From the NCBI GenBank assembly GCA_964016885.1, contig OZ024749.1, positions 43,586,001 through 43,650,000 on the forward strand: a stretch of DNA of 64,000 nt. Reading direction: 5' to 3'. A program made the translations under genes and the position numbers. Numbering within the stretch: position 1 is the first letter of the stretch; each line of letters starts with the position of its first letter. Origin of the DNA: Eledone cirrhosa (lineage: Eukaryota). Shown here in pieces: positions 1 to 15,616 of this stretch. The notes under the pieces are model-generated. The model was not told where the DNA came from. It did not search any database and saw only the letters and a program-made list of their open reading frames with translations.

Positions 1-385
1 GAAGCTTTTATAGTGAGCAAAGGCACTGCACAAAGCCAGTCCCACTCTCTTAACCAAGATGATATTTACCAAAAAGAAGAACAAGTCAACATCATTGGAT
101 ACCATCAGGGTTGCAGGTGTTATATCAGAGTTTTCCTTCTCCTAGAATTCTGCCTTGACAAAGGCTAAGGGGTCATCTCTCCCGGTGATTTTGGATGGCC
201 ATTGACTCTTAAGAGCTCCTTTGCCTTTTGACAGGTTTTGTTTTTAGTCCTGCAGGATGTCCAAAGTCACCCTCCTCACCAAGAAACCTTGGTGGGGTTG
301 CCAGTTTAGTCGCCAACGACCCGACCATGGGACAGGTTGTACTGGAATACATGTTACCAGTAGCACCAACTGGTGACCTGACATA
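1..385 (-). mobile_element. Probable 5' UTR region of an RTE-like non-LTR retrotransposon, running off the left window edge
   Basis: GC-richer, multi-hairpin segment starting next to a (TACA)n tract. The minus strand contains CTAGGAGAAGGAAAACTCTGA, a motif I recall from RTE-family 5' UTRs. No ORF evidence in the window. Confidence 0.35.
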
Positions 386-386
386 A

Positions 387-677
<291 letters not shown>

Positions 678-1240
678 GCATGTGTGTGTGTGCATATATA
701 TACGTGTGTATACTTACGTTTCCCTATGTGTCTGTGTTTATTTGTTTCAAGTAGACAATACAGAAGTAAAATTTACACTGATAACTCTGTCTCGGAATAA
801 TATGGTAGCCATTGAAAAAAGATAGCTAATATACCATTAGTTGTTGTTGTTGTTGTTTTGACTATTATTATTTCTATATGTATATACAGCTATGATTTAT
901 TACTACTAAAGCTGAAAGGATGACAAACGAAGCACAGGAAGAGTGTGTAAAGCGACATACAAATCTGTGAATAGCATGTAGAGAATATAAAAATACAAAT
1001 GTTACAACATGGTTTCTTATTCTGGGCTAATAAAATGCGTATATGTAGTGAAAGCAAAGAAAATTGATTGTGAAGTGTATAAATAAGTAAATGGCTTAAA
1101 GATTATTCTATGTTGATGAAGAAATATGGAATGCAAACTGGTAAGATCACTTTTCAGAAATATTGCCTTCCTCACATATTTTTTTTAGATATGCTACTGA
1201 AATGAGTAAGTTATGGATGTATTATTAAAGGCAGGCAAAG

Positions 1241-1716
1241 TTGCATAGAGTTACGGCCTTTTACGATCTGAGTTCAAATCCCGGCGAGGTTAACTTTGCC
1301 TTTTACCCTTACGGGGTCGATAAAATAAAGTACCAGTCACGCACTGGGATCGATTTAATCGACTTTCCCCTTCCCCAAAATTGCTGGCCTTGTGCCTATA
1401 TAAGAATGGTAGTTATGGCGGTGGATTGACATTGTCAGTAGTGCGTCGGACAAAAGATGTTGCAGCTTTTATGTCCCTTTACAATCTTAGTTCAAATCTG
1501 GCCTTGTGCCTATATAAGAAACCATTATTAAAGGTGGATTGGCAGTATCGGTAGAGGGTCGGACGCCATGCTTTGCAGCACAGTTACGTCCCTTTACGGA
1601 CTGAGTTCAAATCTCGCCGAGGTTAACTTTGCCTTTCATCCTTACGGGGTCGATAAAATAAAGTACCAGTAATACACTGGGATAATTGCTGGCCTTGTGC
1701 CAAAAGTAGAAACAAT
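1241..1716 (+). mobile_element. Three tandem copies (one internally deleted) of tRNA-derived SINE family A
   Basis: A-box-like TGGCAGTATCGG, B-box-like GAGTTCAAATCCC, central GCCTTTCATCCTTACGGGGTCGATAAAATAAAGTACCAG (resembles the MetaSINE-type conserved domain), and tail GCTGGCCTTGTGCC..AGAAACAAT. The same sequence recurs more than 20 times in the window. Confidence 0.85.
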
Positions 1717-2021
1717 CATTAAAGGTAGGCGATATATAAAATATGTATCTAAATTTTCCTCGCACTCTTTGCAACCAATGCGACGTTTTTACACAAGGAA
1801 ATAAATGATAAGCATAGAGTAAATTTAATGTGTGTGATGTGTGTGTATGTGTGTTTGTCGTGTGTGTGTATGTGTGTTTGTGGGGGGGGGGGGGTATGTG
1901 TGTTTGTGGGGGGGTGTTTTGAATAGGTAAATTGATAGTCCGCAATGTACCAGCTTTAAGTTTTAAGTTTTACGGTGTCTCAGATCAAATCATTTATTCG
2001 TAGTTATAGTATTTATATATA

Positions 2022-2053
<32 letters not shown>

Positions 2054-2102
2054 GTACGTGTGTGTATATATGAATGCTAACTAACAGTTGTTGGTTTAAT
2101 AA

Positions 2103-2183
2103 GTCTGAATAGCCTAAACTTCTGTTATATAATATGAATCGAGATTGTTTTGAACGTGATCATGGGTGAAACACGTGTAACGG
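2103..2183 (+). ncRNA. Degenerate type I hammerhead motif
   Basis: CTGAATA (G8 mutated) - GCCTA...TGGGT stem II - GAAA - palindromic ACACGTGT stem III - GUA site. Stem I is only about 2 bp. Confidence 0.4.
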
Positions 2184-2252
2184 AATAATCATTTTAATCT
2201 CATATTACTCTCCAACCTCTTGTATATATATATATATATATATATGTATATA

Positions 2253-3389
2253 CAGTTCGCGTTACAATAGTTCTTCAATAAGAGGGGGGGGTTGTCACAG
2301 GTTGTTTTTTCATATATGAGTGTTTGAATTTCTTTTTACTTGAAAAAAAGAGGCTCACGAAGGCTTTTTTGGGGTTGGTTATAAATGAAATTATGGCTGT
2401 CACGTGAACAAATTTTCATTAAATTTTTGTGCCCTTATTTGGAAATCCATTCTGTAGCCTTTTTAGAGAATCTTTTGATAAGTAAAATATAATTGTTTCT
2501 ACTTTTGGCACAAGGCCAGCAATTACCCAGTGTATTACCTGGTACTTTATTTTATCGACCCCATAAGGAATGAAAGGCAAAGTTAACCTCGGCGGGATTT
2601 GAACTCAGAATGGCAAGGGCCGTAACTCCATGCGTCAAAGCATGGCGTCCGACTCTCTACCGATACTGCCAATCCACTGCCATAAGTAAAAGCCATAATG
2701 GTCTAGAGAAAGGATGGTCAAGAAGATTGTTCTGGTTCAGTCAGTAATATGGTTAGTTCGCTGGGGTGTCAGAATTCAGATTTTCTATTGAATAGAAAGT
2801 AAAGATATATGTGTTTATTTGTGTGCTTGTGTGTGTGTGTGTGTGTTGTGTGTGTGTGTGTTTGAATTTCTTTACTTTAAAAAAAGGCTGGTTCACGAAA
2901 GCTTTTTTTTAATAAACTGATTGTCGTGAGCCACCTTTAGGTTCCAGACCAAACCCCCCCCCCCTTAACACACACCAACACACACACACACACACACACA
3001 CACCACACACAACCAGCACAAATAAACACACATATCTTTACTTTCTTTATTCAATAGAAATCTGACCCTTCTGACACCCAGCGAACTTCCAACATAACAA
3101 ACACTTCCTCACCAATCCCCTTCCCTTCTCTGACCATTATCTTTTACTTATAAAAAATTCTCCTAAAAAGGCTAGAGAATGGATTTCCAAATAAGGGCAC
3201 AAAAATTTAATGAAAATTTGTTCACGTGACAGCCATAATTTCATTTATAACCAACCCAAAAAAAAAGCCTTCAGTGAGCCTCCTTTTTTCAAAGTAAAAA
3301 GAAATTCAAACACTCATATATGAAAAAAACAACCTGTGACAAACCCCCCCCCCCCCCCTCTTATTGAAGAACTATTGTAACGCGAACTG
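2253..3389. repeat. Large imperfect inverted repeat (arms about 2253-2860 and 2965-3389); left arm interrupted by a SINE
   Basis: CAGTTCGCGTTACAATAGTTCTTCAATAAGAG... at 2253 is the reverse complement of ...CTCTTATTGAAGAACTATTGTAACGCGAACTG at 3389. Homology continues for about 400 bp once the SINE is removed. Confidence 0.9.
2491..2681 (-). mobile_element. SINE family A, full length, with TSD
   Basis: Reverse complement of the family consensus, flanked by ATAAGTAAAA on both sides. Confidence 0.9.
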
Positions 3390-3557
3390 GCGCGAAATTT
3401 ATTATAATTATTGACAAACTACTTCTTTAATTATTACAATTACTCTCGACAAATACCATCGAAAACTGGCATTTCGAGCCACGTTTTCCATATAAAACAA
3501 GTAACATTCAGAGACCAACCAGATGTAGAAAAACCACAGACCCTCCATCTCAACTCA

Positions 3558-3595
3558 CCTTTTGAAAAGCAGAAGAACTGCGAAACCGGTAAAGG
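3558..3595 (+). ncRNA. Minimal type I hammerhead ribozyme, U3-A8 core variant
   Basis: CCTT | TTGAAAA | GCAG-AAGAA-CTGC | GAAA | CCGG | TA | AAGG. Stem I is 4 bp, stem II is 4 bp, stem III is the palindrome ACCGGT, and the GUA site cleaves after 3591. Confidence 0.7.
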
Positions 3596-3734
3596 AACCA
3601 AATAAATATATATATTTAAAAAAAAAAAAATAAGATTCCAGTTGCATTTTCGATTTCATCTCTTTTTCTTTATACTTCCACTCGTGTAGGACACCTCGGT
3701 TATTTTCATTTTGTAAAAAAAAAAAAAACCTCAC

Positions 3735-5006
<1,272 letters not shown>

Positions 5007-5254
5007 TTACTTTTCTTGTCTTTTCTTTTTCTATACTTTTCTTTTAATGTTATTTTTAATCATCGTCTGTTTGTTGATTCGATTTCATTTCATCGTAGTG
5101 TAAAGTGTGAAATTCTTAAGAAAAGCCTTCTCACATAAAGTAAGTAAGGTGCATATATTGTAGTATAAAGTATATTGTGTATAATCTGTCATAACGCCAG
5201 ATAGGAAGCTGTTTATGAAAAGTTCATGCGATGTTATCGTAACACTGTCTGTAT

Positions 5255-5591
5255 TTATTATTATTGTTATTATTATTATTATTATTATTATTACAATTAT
5301 TATTGTTGTTGTTGTTGTTGTTGTTGTTTTCTTGTTAGTTTATATTGTTTATAGTTTCATGTTGCTATTTGTAGTAGTGGTTGTTGTAGTTGTTTTGTTT
5401 TTTGTAATCTTTAAGTATGAAATGTATATAAAGAAGGGAAGTTGGCGAACAGGAAAACCTTAGAAGAGAATAGAAGAACAATAGAAAGTAATAACGTAAC
5501 ATAACATGTGAGAACAACGAAAGGAAAACAATGGAAGAATTTGTTTTTAAAAAAAAAGAATAATCGCAATAATAACAATAGCAATAATAAT

Positions 5592-5624
<33 letters not shown>

Positions 5625-5730
5625 AATAATAATAATAATATGAAGAGGAGTATCAACACCACTAGCACAATCACCTTGAACAGAAATTACCAACAACGTC
5701 AACACCACTAGCGAAAACAATATTAATAAC

Positions 5731-5795
<65 letters not shown>

Positions 5796-5830
5796 TAAGC
5801 TGAAGGAAAAGAAGAAGAAGGAGAAGAAGG
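5255..5830. repeat. Trinucleotide microsatellites (ATT/GTT, AAC/AAT, AAG)
   Basis: Directly visible. Confidence 0.9.
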
Positions 5831-6178
5831 AGGCGAAAAAGAGGAGAAGCAGGGGGAGAAGGAGAAAGAGAAGTAAGCCGCCTAGATCGAAAAAGCTCTG
5901 GAAGCCAAAACGTAGACGGATGATTGAAAAACAAAGGAGAGAGAAAGAGAAAGACAGAGAGAGGAGAAAGAGAGATGGAGAAGGAGAGATAGAGAAAGAA
6001 AAAAAAGATGAAAGAATATTGTGGAGCTTTACTTGCGAGAATTCTTTGATCTTTGGTAGAGTTTGTCAATCAATGCAGGTTATTATTCAAGAAAGGAATA
6101 AGTGTATCAACTAACATCTTATCTTATCAGACCGATTTATGCAAGCACATACATAGATATATATACACATACACACAT

Positions 6179-6214
<36 letters not shown>

Positions 6215-6281
6215 CTCATATACATCTGTGAATATATAAATATGTTAATACATATGTGCACATATACTATATATCTCGTAT

Positions 6282-6373
<92 letters not shown>

Positions 6374-6519
6374 ATTTAAAAAAATCGCGTAGAGCTACTT
6401 CCTCGCCACACAGTTGAACTAATTTAATTAGTATATCACTAACATGGGGGAATTCTTAATACGATCAATATTTCATTGGTAACAAAGAAAGAGAGAGAAA
6501 AAAAGACACAAGGGAAAAT

Positions 6520-7375
6520 AATTGTTTCTACTTTAGGCACAAAGCCAGCAAATTCACCAGTGCATTACTGGTACTTTATTTTATCGACCCAATAAGGATG
6601 AAAGGCAAAGTAAACCTCGGCGGGATTTGAACTCAGACCGTAAAGGGAAGTAACTATGCTGGAAAGCTTGGCGTCCGACTCTCTACCGATACTGCCAATC
6701 CACCACCGTCACAAGGGAAAATAATGGCAGCCCTACAACTCACCGAGAGTGTCACCATCAACAAGAACCACAACAACAATGATGGTAATAATAATGGTTT
6801 CTACTTTTGGCACAAGGCCAGCAATAACCTCAGTGCATTACTGGTACTTTATTTTATCGACGTTGTTAGAATGAAAGGCAAAGGGAACCTCGGCAGGATT
6901 TCAACTCAGACCGTAAATGGCCGTAACTCCATGCTGCAAAGCCCGGCGTCCGAACCTCTACCGATACTGCCATGGTTTCTGATTTAGGCGCAAGGTCAAC
7001 AATTTAGGGTTAGGGTTAGGGACGATTAAATCGATCCCTGTGCATTACTGGTGCTTTATTTCATCGACCCTGTAAGGATGAAGGGCAAAGCTAACCTCGG
7101 TGGGATTCCAACTCAGAACGTAAAGAGCCGTAACTCTATGCCACGAAGCATGTTATCTGACGCTTTACCAGTATTACCAATACACCGCCATTGCTTTCTG
7201 ATTTAGGCACAAGGCCAACAATTTTCTGGAGAGGATAAAGTCGATCAAATCGACCCCAGTGCGTTACTGGTACTTCATTTTATCGACCCCTAAGGATGAA
7301 AGGCAAAGCTAACCTCAGCGTGATTTGAACTTAGAACGTAAAGAACCTGAACTCTATGCCGCAAAGCTTGGTGTA
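6520..7375 (-). mobile_element. Cluster of four SINE family A copies (one isolated with TSD, three head-to-tail)
   Basis: Copies at about 6520-6707 (TSD CACAAGGGAAAATAAT), 6791-6972, 6973-7190 and 7191-7375. Confidence 0.85.
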
Positions 7376-8115
7376 GAGTTACGTTTCAGAACCCCGAAAT
7401 TTGGTCTCATTGCCATGTTGCTTAATCACATCATTCTAAATCTCATGTCATCCCATGACCTGGTCTTCTTTGTATAGTTTAAACACCATATTTTTAACTT
7501 AACCATTTCCTTCTCTTTTCTTTTCCCCTGCAAGTGCACTCCACTTTTGTCTAGCCCCATTTGCTCCCTATCCTGTCGTAGTTGAGATTTCAGATCTGTA
7601 CAAACAATGACGCATTCACAATAAAACACACTTCTGAAATAACCGTGTGATTTTCAAGAGACATTGAAACATGTATATCCATATCAAGCCATCCCGACTT
7701 TATATCAATCTTTTATAGTCTTTGTACTCACCAGCCGACCTTATTTCATTTACAAAGGGGGAGAATGAGCCATGGGCCAATATAACTTATAATATCCCTG
7801 AGTATGGCACAAACCCCTGATCCATGTATTAAGGTACGAGCCTCTGGTGGGAAGTCTGTGTCGCTTCGTCTTAACTTCTCACCCATACTTCGGTTAGGGC
7901 ATCATATAATTGTTAATTTGAGAGTATACTGAACACGACTTCGCGTTTTAATATTTTCATTTGATAAAATATATGTACATGTGTCAACGTGAATGTTGTT
8001 AATGTTGTTGTTTTTGCCAGTCGTGTGTCACATTTGTTTCCATTAAAATGGTTTTCCATAAATGTTATTAATTTTCTATCATTCGAAGTATTTCTAAAAT
8101 ACTCTTTTTTTTATT

Positions 8116-8194
<79 letters not shown>

Positions 8195-8283
8195 TATATA
8201 TATATTTATTTATATACATATAATATATATATATTTATTTATTTATTTATTTATATATATATATATATTTATTTTTTTATTTT

Positions 8284-8342
<59 letters not shown>

Positions 8343-8433
8343 TATATATATATTTATTTATATACATATAATATATATATATATTTATTTATTTATTTAT
8401 TTATATATATATATATATTTATTTTTTTATTTT

Positions 8434-8518
<85 letters not shown>

Positions 8519-8930
8519 TATAAATTTTACTTTTTCCAAGAAGCTTTGACGATTTTTTTTTGTTTTTTTTTTAGTTTTTTTATTTTTTTTTTTTTTTTTT
8601 AGGGGGGCGCTGTGTCTATATCTGATAGCTATTCTGGATGAATGTAAATATGGAATGAAATAAATATTTATGTTAGAAAATATACTTTTCCTCACAAACA
8701 GTGGGGAAAAAACACGCAAACGAAAACAACTTTTTTCACCTCATTATGTAGCTGGTCCAGTAGACACGATTCAGAAATAAACATCTATTTGTAAGTGAAA
8801 AGAAATCAGAAATTGTAAGTCCAAACGGAAAGCATTCACGTAAACATGTTTTGTTGGGGCAATAATAACAGCAACAAAAACAACGACAGCCACAACAACA
8901 ACAACACCAACACCATCAACAACATCTGTA

Positions 8931-9121
8931 ATGGTTTCTGATTTAGGAACAAGGCCAGCAAACGTTTGACAGGAGAAGGTTAAATCAATGACATCGGAAC
9001 CCAGTACATGACTGGTACTTTATTCTATCAATGACTAGGTTTTGAACTTCGAACGTAAAGAGCCGCAACCCATACCACAAAACATTTTGTCTGACGCTCA
9101 AACGGTTCTGCCAATTCACCA
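8931..9121 (-). mobile_element. Degenerate SINE family A
   Basis: GGTTTCTGATTTAGGAACAAGGCCAGC...CTGGTACTTTATT...TTTGAACT...TCTGCCAATTCACC. Confidence 0.65.
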
Positions 9122-9163
9122 ACCTTAACAACAACAACAAAAACCACAGCCACCACCACCACC

Positions 9164-9209
<46 letters not shown>

Positions 9210-9922
9210 TTACTAGAGTGAATCAATAAATATTTAGGCCATTTTGATGCCTCAAAATAACAATAACACCATTGGCAAGCAACAAATTTGACATCATGAT
9301 AAATAAAAGCAAGAAAAAGACACGACTTAACTTCTCTGTTAGAACTATTAATTATTTCAACAATGAAGAGCCGTGGTGCATTTCAACAATATTGTCACTC
9401 CACTCAAGCAGTGAGATGTTTGTTTTCAAAGCAAACAATTGAAATATCGATGTAATGTAGGTTACGTTTGAATCGAATGGAATGGACCTCCGTCGGTTTA
9501 GGTGATGACCGAGACCAGACTTCAAAGAACAGTTCTGGAGAAAAGAAAGCAAAGACGCCAGGAAAAAAAATGGGTGGATAACATAACGGAATGGACCGGT
9601 AGAAAATTTGCTAAACCCTAAATCCTGGCTTGAGGAAGAGATTGGTGGTGGGAGATATTACACTGCAGACCCCTACCGACTCTGGAACATCAGAATACAG
9701 TAATGATTACGGTATTGTTTGAACGTTTAGTGTATCAACATAAAATAGAAATGTGTAAGGGATAAGTTAAAGTAGGGAATATATACTGTACATACCGAAA
9801 GAAGAAAAATAACCATGTTAACAGTAAATAAATCTTCTAGAAAAAAAATGTTTCCTGTGATGAGTAAATACAATATATACAATGAACAAACACTTTGTGT
9901 AAACCCTCGAACGATTGAAACG

Positions 9923-10033
<111 letters not shown>

Positions 10034-10427
10034 ACATACACACACACAGAGATAAAAAGAAATATCTGCTTTTGATAACAGTTTTAAAACAGAAAAAAAT
10101 TCTCAAAATAAGGCGTTTGAAAACAACCCACAAAAATTCCATGATTTAAATCGCGGCAAAGCATAAAAAGTAGATAAGATTTACACTACATACGTACACA
10201 AAAAAAAAATATATATATAATTGTGAAATGGAACTAAAATACAGTAGTTGAGGAGAAGAATATGTAACGACAAGGTAAATTGAAATAAATAAAAACATCA
10301 CCTCAAAGTATTGAGATGTCTGATATGAGGCGTGCTTCAAACAACTTCAAATACTGAAAAAATCCCTATTATTGACAACATTTGAAGCTTTTGTTGATAG
10401 TCATTTGATATACTACGTCGTCAATGA

Positions 10428-10660
10428 AGGCGCATGGCTTAGTGGTTAGGGTGTTGGGTTCATGACTGTATGGTCGAGTGTTTAAGCCCCCGTACATCGT
10501 TGTGACCTTGAGCAAGACCCGTTATTTCATGCAAAAAAACTTGGACTAGAGCAACGTGAACTGAAAGAGTATTGATCGAAGGCACAACACACAACTGGGA
10601 ATCGAATTCACGACCTTATGAACGTTTGTTGAACACTATCATCATTAAGCTACGCAACTT
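10428..10660. mobile_element. Two decayed tRNA-head SINE family B fragments in opposite orientation
   Basis: GGCGCATGGCTTAGTGGTTAGGGTGTT...GTGACCTTGAGCAAGAC (+), followed by AGCAACGTGAA...GGGAATCGAATTCACGACC...TAAGCTACGC (-). Confidence 0.55.
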
Positions 10661-10979
10661 TATTTATTATTGAATAACATAGAATCTATCTCCAAGCGAT
10701 GGACGCCATTTTAAATGGGAAAAAATATCTTTCAGATTCGCGACTGTTTCCGAGTAAGTAAATGGTGTAATGATTGATAAGTCGGAAGAGGATAAGAGAA
10801 TTAAATGGTAAAGAATAAATAGACAGACACAGGTCTTGTTGACATAAGACCACCTACTATAAAAAATATTTACATAAAAAGAAAGAACAAACTAAAAAAA
10901 ACAGTCCCATTATATGATATAATGATATTTATTCTTATTCGTATTAACATCCTCATAATTATCATTACAAAGAGCGATG

Positions 10980-11365
10980 TATTGGCAGAGTCATTAGAAC
11001 GGAGTATAAGTCGCTTTACTGTAACGGGTTACGATAGTCTACTTTCAAGGTTCAAATCCCGTTGACATCAACTTTGCCTTTACCCTTCCGGGGTCGATAT
11101 AATAAAGTACCTATTAACTACTGTAGCCGATAAATCGATTTCTACTTGAGGCAAAAGGACAGTAATTTCAGGGTGTGGAGTAAGGCGATTATATCGACGC
11201 CAGCGCATTACTGGTATTTATTTTATTCACTCCGTAAGCAGGATTTGAACTTTAACTTTCCTCCTTCTGTGGTTGATAGAATAAATTAACAGTCAAGTAC
11301 TGAGTTTGAGATAACACCAAACTCCCTTTGACGCATTATTGGACTTATCCATGAATTAGAAACCA
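10980..11365. mobile_element. Degenerate SINE family A fragments (+,-,+)
   Basis: GGTTCAAATCCCG...ACTTTGCCTTTACCCTTCCGGGGTCGAT..AAAGTACC and further partial copies. Confidence 0.6.
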
Positions 11366-11388
11366 ATTATCATCACCAGTAGTAGTAT

Positions 11389-11460
<72 letters not shown>

Positions 11461-11548
11461 GGTTTCTTTCTCATGAAGAATATTAATTCAATATAAAATA
11501 AAACCCTTGACGATTTTCACAAAATAGAGAAATTAAAAATCACAAACG

Positions 11549-11659
<111 letters not shown>

Positions 11660-11738
11660 ATATTTATATTTAGTTACTTGTATGTTTTTAAGATAGCGTA
11701 TTTGTGTGTGCATATAAATGTATGTAGGTATGTATATA

Positions 11739-11795
<57 letters not shown>

Positions 11796-11980
11796 TGTGT
11801 GTACATATGCATATATATATATGTGTGTGTGTGTGTGTGTATGTGTGTATGTGTGTTTGTGCAATATTTCCGTTTAAACAACTGAAGGCAGCAAAATAAG
11901 AAAAAAATGAACAATGTATTTGAGATGAGAAACAAAGATTTCTGTCTGTAATTCTTTTTCATCTAGAAAATACACACGTA

Positions 11981-12063
<83 letters not shown>

Positions 12064-12604
12064 TACAAAACAATACATGCATACATACAAGCACATTGTA
12101 CCGACAAGATCATTGTACACACATATATATAAAAACTCAATGAGAACTCAAATAATACATACACAGGCTAACATGGCATACATATAAATACACACAATCT
12201 CCTTGTACACACACACACATAATACACATCAGTTCACTGTACACACATATAGATACAAGATCTCTGAAAATGTACAGTTACAAGGAGTCAATCACACAAA
12301 GACACAAACACAAAGTAGTAACAGTATTGTAAACATGATATAAAATAATAATAATTGTCAAACGCCTTTGCGTTGTCTTGCATAATTTCAATGAATTATG
12401 ACAGACATTTCAATTGTCTCGGTCGATTTTGACGCCAAGCTGGGTGCCGAAGTACGTGTGTTATAATGGAGGAAGAAATATTTTCAGTTATTATATGTTC
12501 GTTTATATTTTCATCATATATTTCTTGACTAACGATTAAAATTTTTCATAATTTTCAACACAACTACTAACGTATGATTTATCATGTTAATGAACCGATA
12601 TGTG

Positions 12605-12704
<100 letters not shown>

Positions 12705-12900
12705 TATATATATATAAATATATATATGTATGTAAATATATATATGTATATGTATATGAATATATATGTATATATATATATACATATAGATATATTAATA
12801 TATTGTGTATTTACTCCACTATTCTGTTGAGTGCTTTATATCAGTTATAAAATTGTTTAAGCTTGTTGAATCCCAACAAATTAAATATAACCTCTGCATA

Positions 12901-12936
<36 letters not shown>

Positions 12937-13519
12937 TATATGTATATATATATGTGTGTGTGTGTGTGTGTGAGTGTATATATATATATATTTATATATA
13001 CATATAATGAAGTCAACATTATATGCATTTCCTATCAAGAAGTGGTGCCAATAAGACGTGTAAAATATGCTTCTCGTGCAGATATTGTATACCAAAAACG
13101 AAATCTATGACTGTATGTATGTATATGTATAGATATATATCCAAATATATATCTAAAATGCTTTGCATGTACAATATTACATATATCATTGATACACTAT
13201 GAGTAAGTAAATACACCTACACTTATGTGAAACTTAACTCAGTGACCTACAGATCAAATGAAGGAAAGGAGTTGATCCTCCATTCGGAAAAAGTAATCAA
13301 CATTCGCATTGGTCTTTCCATTGCTTATTGCATCTTCCTGTCACACCTCGTCGGTCAGCGTTGAAGCAAACAAAAAGGTTTTTTTTCTTTTTGTTAGTGA
13401 CCGGCTTGAATTCCACGAAGAATTTAAGCATTCAAGAAAACATCAACATACACACATATATATATATAGATCATACATATACATATATATACATCATACA
13501 TATACGTCATGCATATATA

Positions 13520-13622
<103 letters not shown>

Positions 13623-13710
13623 TACATATACACATACACTTAGAGATATATGCACATATACATACATATACTTATATATATATACACACACATAGATAGA
13701 TATATTTGTA

Positions 13711-13845
<135 letters not shown>

Positions 13846-14429
13846 ATGCATGTATATACTCATAGAAGCATACATATACATACTGTAAGAGTAGAAGCCC
13901 ACTTTTAAGATATCATACATAAAGATTCGCTTGCGCGCACGCACACACACACTCACACACACGCACACACACACACACACACTCACACACACGCACACAC
14001 ACACACACACTCACACACTCACACACACACACACACACACATGCATACCTAGCACTTATGGAACAATGGCTATCCGATATCATGTATGACCACTCTCTGA
14101 TGAGGAAATCCGTTGAATTCTCGCATAAATTCCCAATCACCTCTTGAGAATTTCAGTAGACACACAAAATGTAATTTAATATCGAAGTATTTGATCAGAA
14201 GTTATATTCTCTTCCGCTGTAATATCGAATGTACTTTTACACTTAGGAATATTTTTGTATCGCGTTTAACGGATACGCGAACACGTTCTCCTTAAACTCA
14301 AACAGCGACAGGAAAAATATAGTTTAAAATAACGTTAGGGAATATTATAGTAATGCACTAATACAAAGTGGTGTCATTTACTAGAATTACATCTATGGTG
14401 TCAAAGAGTTGTATACGTTGTGTGTACAT

Positions 14430-14608
14430 TTGGCAGTATCGGTAGAGGGTCGGACGCCATGCTTTCCTGCATAGTTACGTCCCTTTACGGAGTTCAAATC
14501 CCGTCGAGGTTAACTTTGCCTTTCATCCTTACGGGGTCGATAAAATAAAGTACCGGTAATGTAGTGGGTAATTGCTGGCCTTGTGTCCTCACAAAGTAGA
14601 AACAATTA
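14430..14608 (+). mobile_element. SINE family A
   Basis: Near-consensus copy ending in a (TA)n tail. Confidence 0.9.
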
Positions 14609-14630
14609 TATATATATATATATATATATA

Positions 14631-14687
14631 TAAGAACGAGTAGGACCCCGACGGCTGAGCTCCAGCCGTCGGGGTCCTACTCGTTCC

Positions 14688-14689
<2 letters not shown>
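14631..14689. repeat. Palindrome of the GGAACGAGTAGGACCCC family (HHR 3'-half derived)
   Basis: GAACGAGTAGGACCCCGACGGCTG-AGCTC-CAGCCGTCGGGGTCCTACTCGTTC in (TA)n; relatives at 40136, 54923 and 63869. Confidence 0.85.
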
Positions 14690-14771
<82 letters not shown>

Positions 14772-14933
14772 CAGAGAGAGAGAGAGCGAGTAAGAAAGAT
14801 AATTTGTGAAAAGTTCATATATGTGTGTATGTGTACTTGAGTGATTATGTATATATGTGTGTGTATCAATGTGTGAATATGTACGTGTGTGTATATATGT
14901 GAGTGCGTTTGAATATGTATGTGTGTAGTACGC

Positions 14934-15020
<87 letters not shown>

Positions 15021-15529
15021 CATATAAGCTCTGCACATCCACAGCCTATCACCCCCAGCCCCCCTCCATACTCAATTTATCTATTAGATAGATGCAATGT
15101 AGTGACAAGTTAATGGACAAGCTTCAATTCAATTTTGGTGATTAACTCAATAAACGCTGATTATTACGAGAAGGCTGATTAATAATGAAATCATCATGAA
15201 GCAGGTATGTATCACGTGGAATATAATTCACCTTAGTTCTTAGCCTGGTGGTTTTGGCAAATATTTTATATATATATATATATAAAAGCAGTCGTTTTGT
15301 AGGGTGTATCTGACTATACTATGTAAAGATACACGTGAGATGAATAAATATATGTGGAAGGAGACGACAATCTCGCACGTATGGTGTGAGACTGGGTCTT
15401 TGCCAAGTTAAGTATTATGATATGACGAATGCTAATGCAATGTAATGTTTCTTAAACTGTTCAAGCAATGGGGGAAAATGGCGGAAAAACTTCGTAAGTC
15501 GTTTGAGCGATTGAGAAGAAAGTTGTGCT

Positions 15530-15616
<87 letters not shown>

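Noticed and set aside
1533-1625. SINE heads as tRNA genes
   Set aside because: A/B boxes are present but there is no convincing cloverleaf, and they are always attached to the SINE body.
7004-7021. (TTAGGG)3 telomere-like motif
   Set aside because: Only three units, located in the variable G-rich segment of a SINE copy; slippage is sufficient to explain it.
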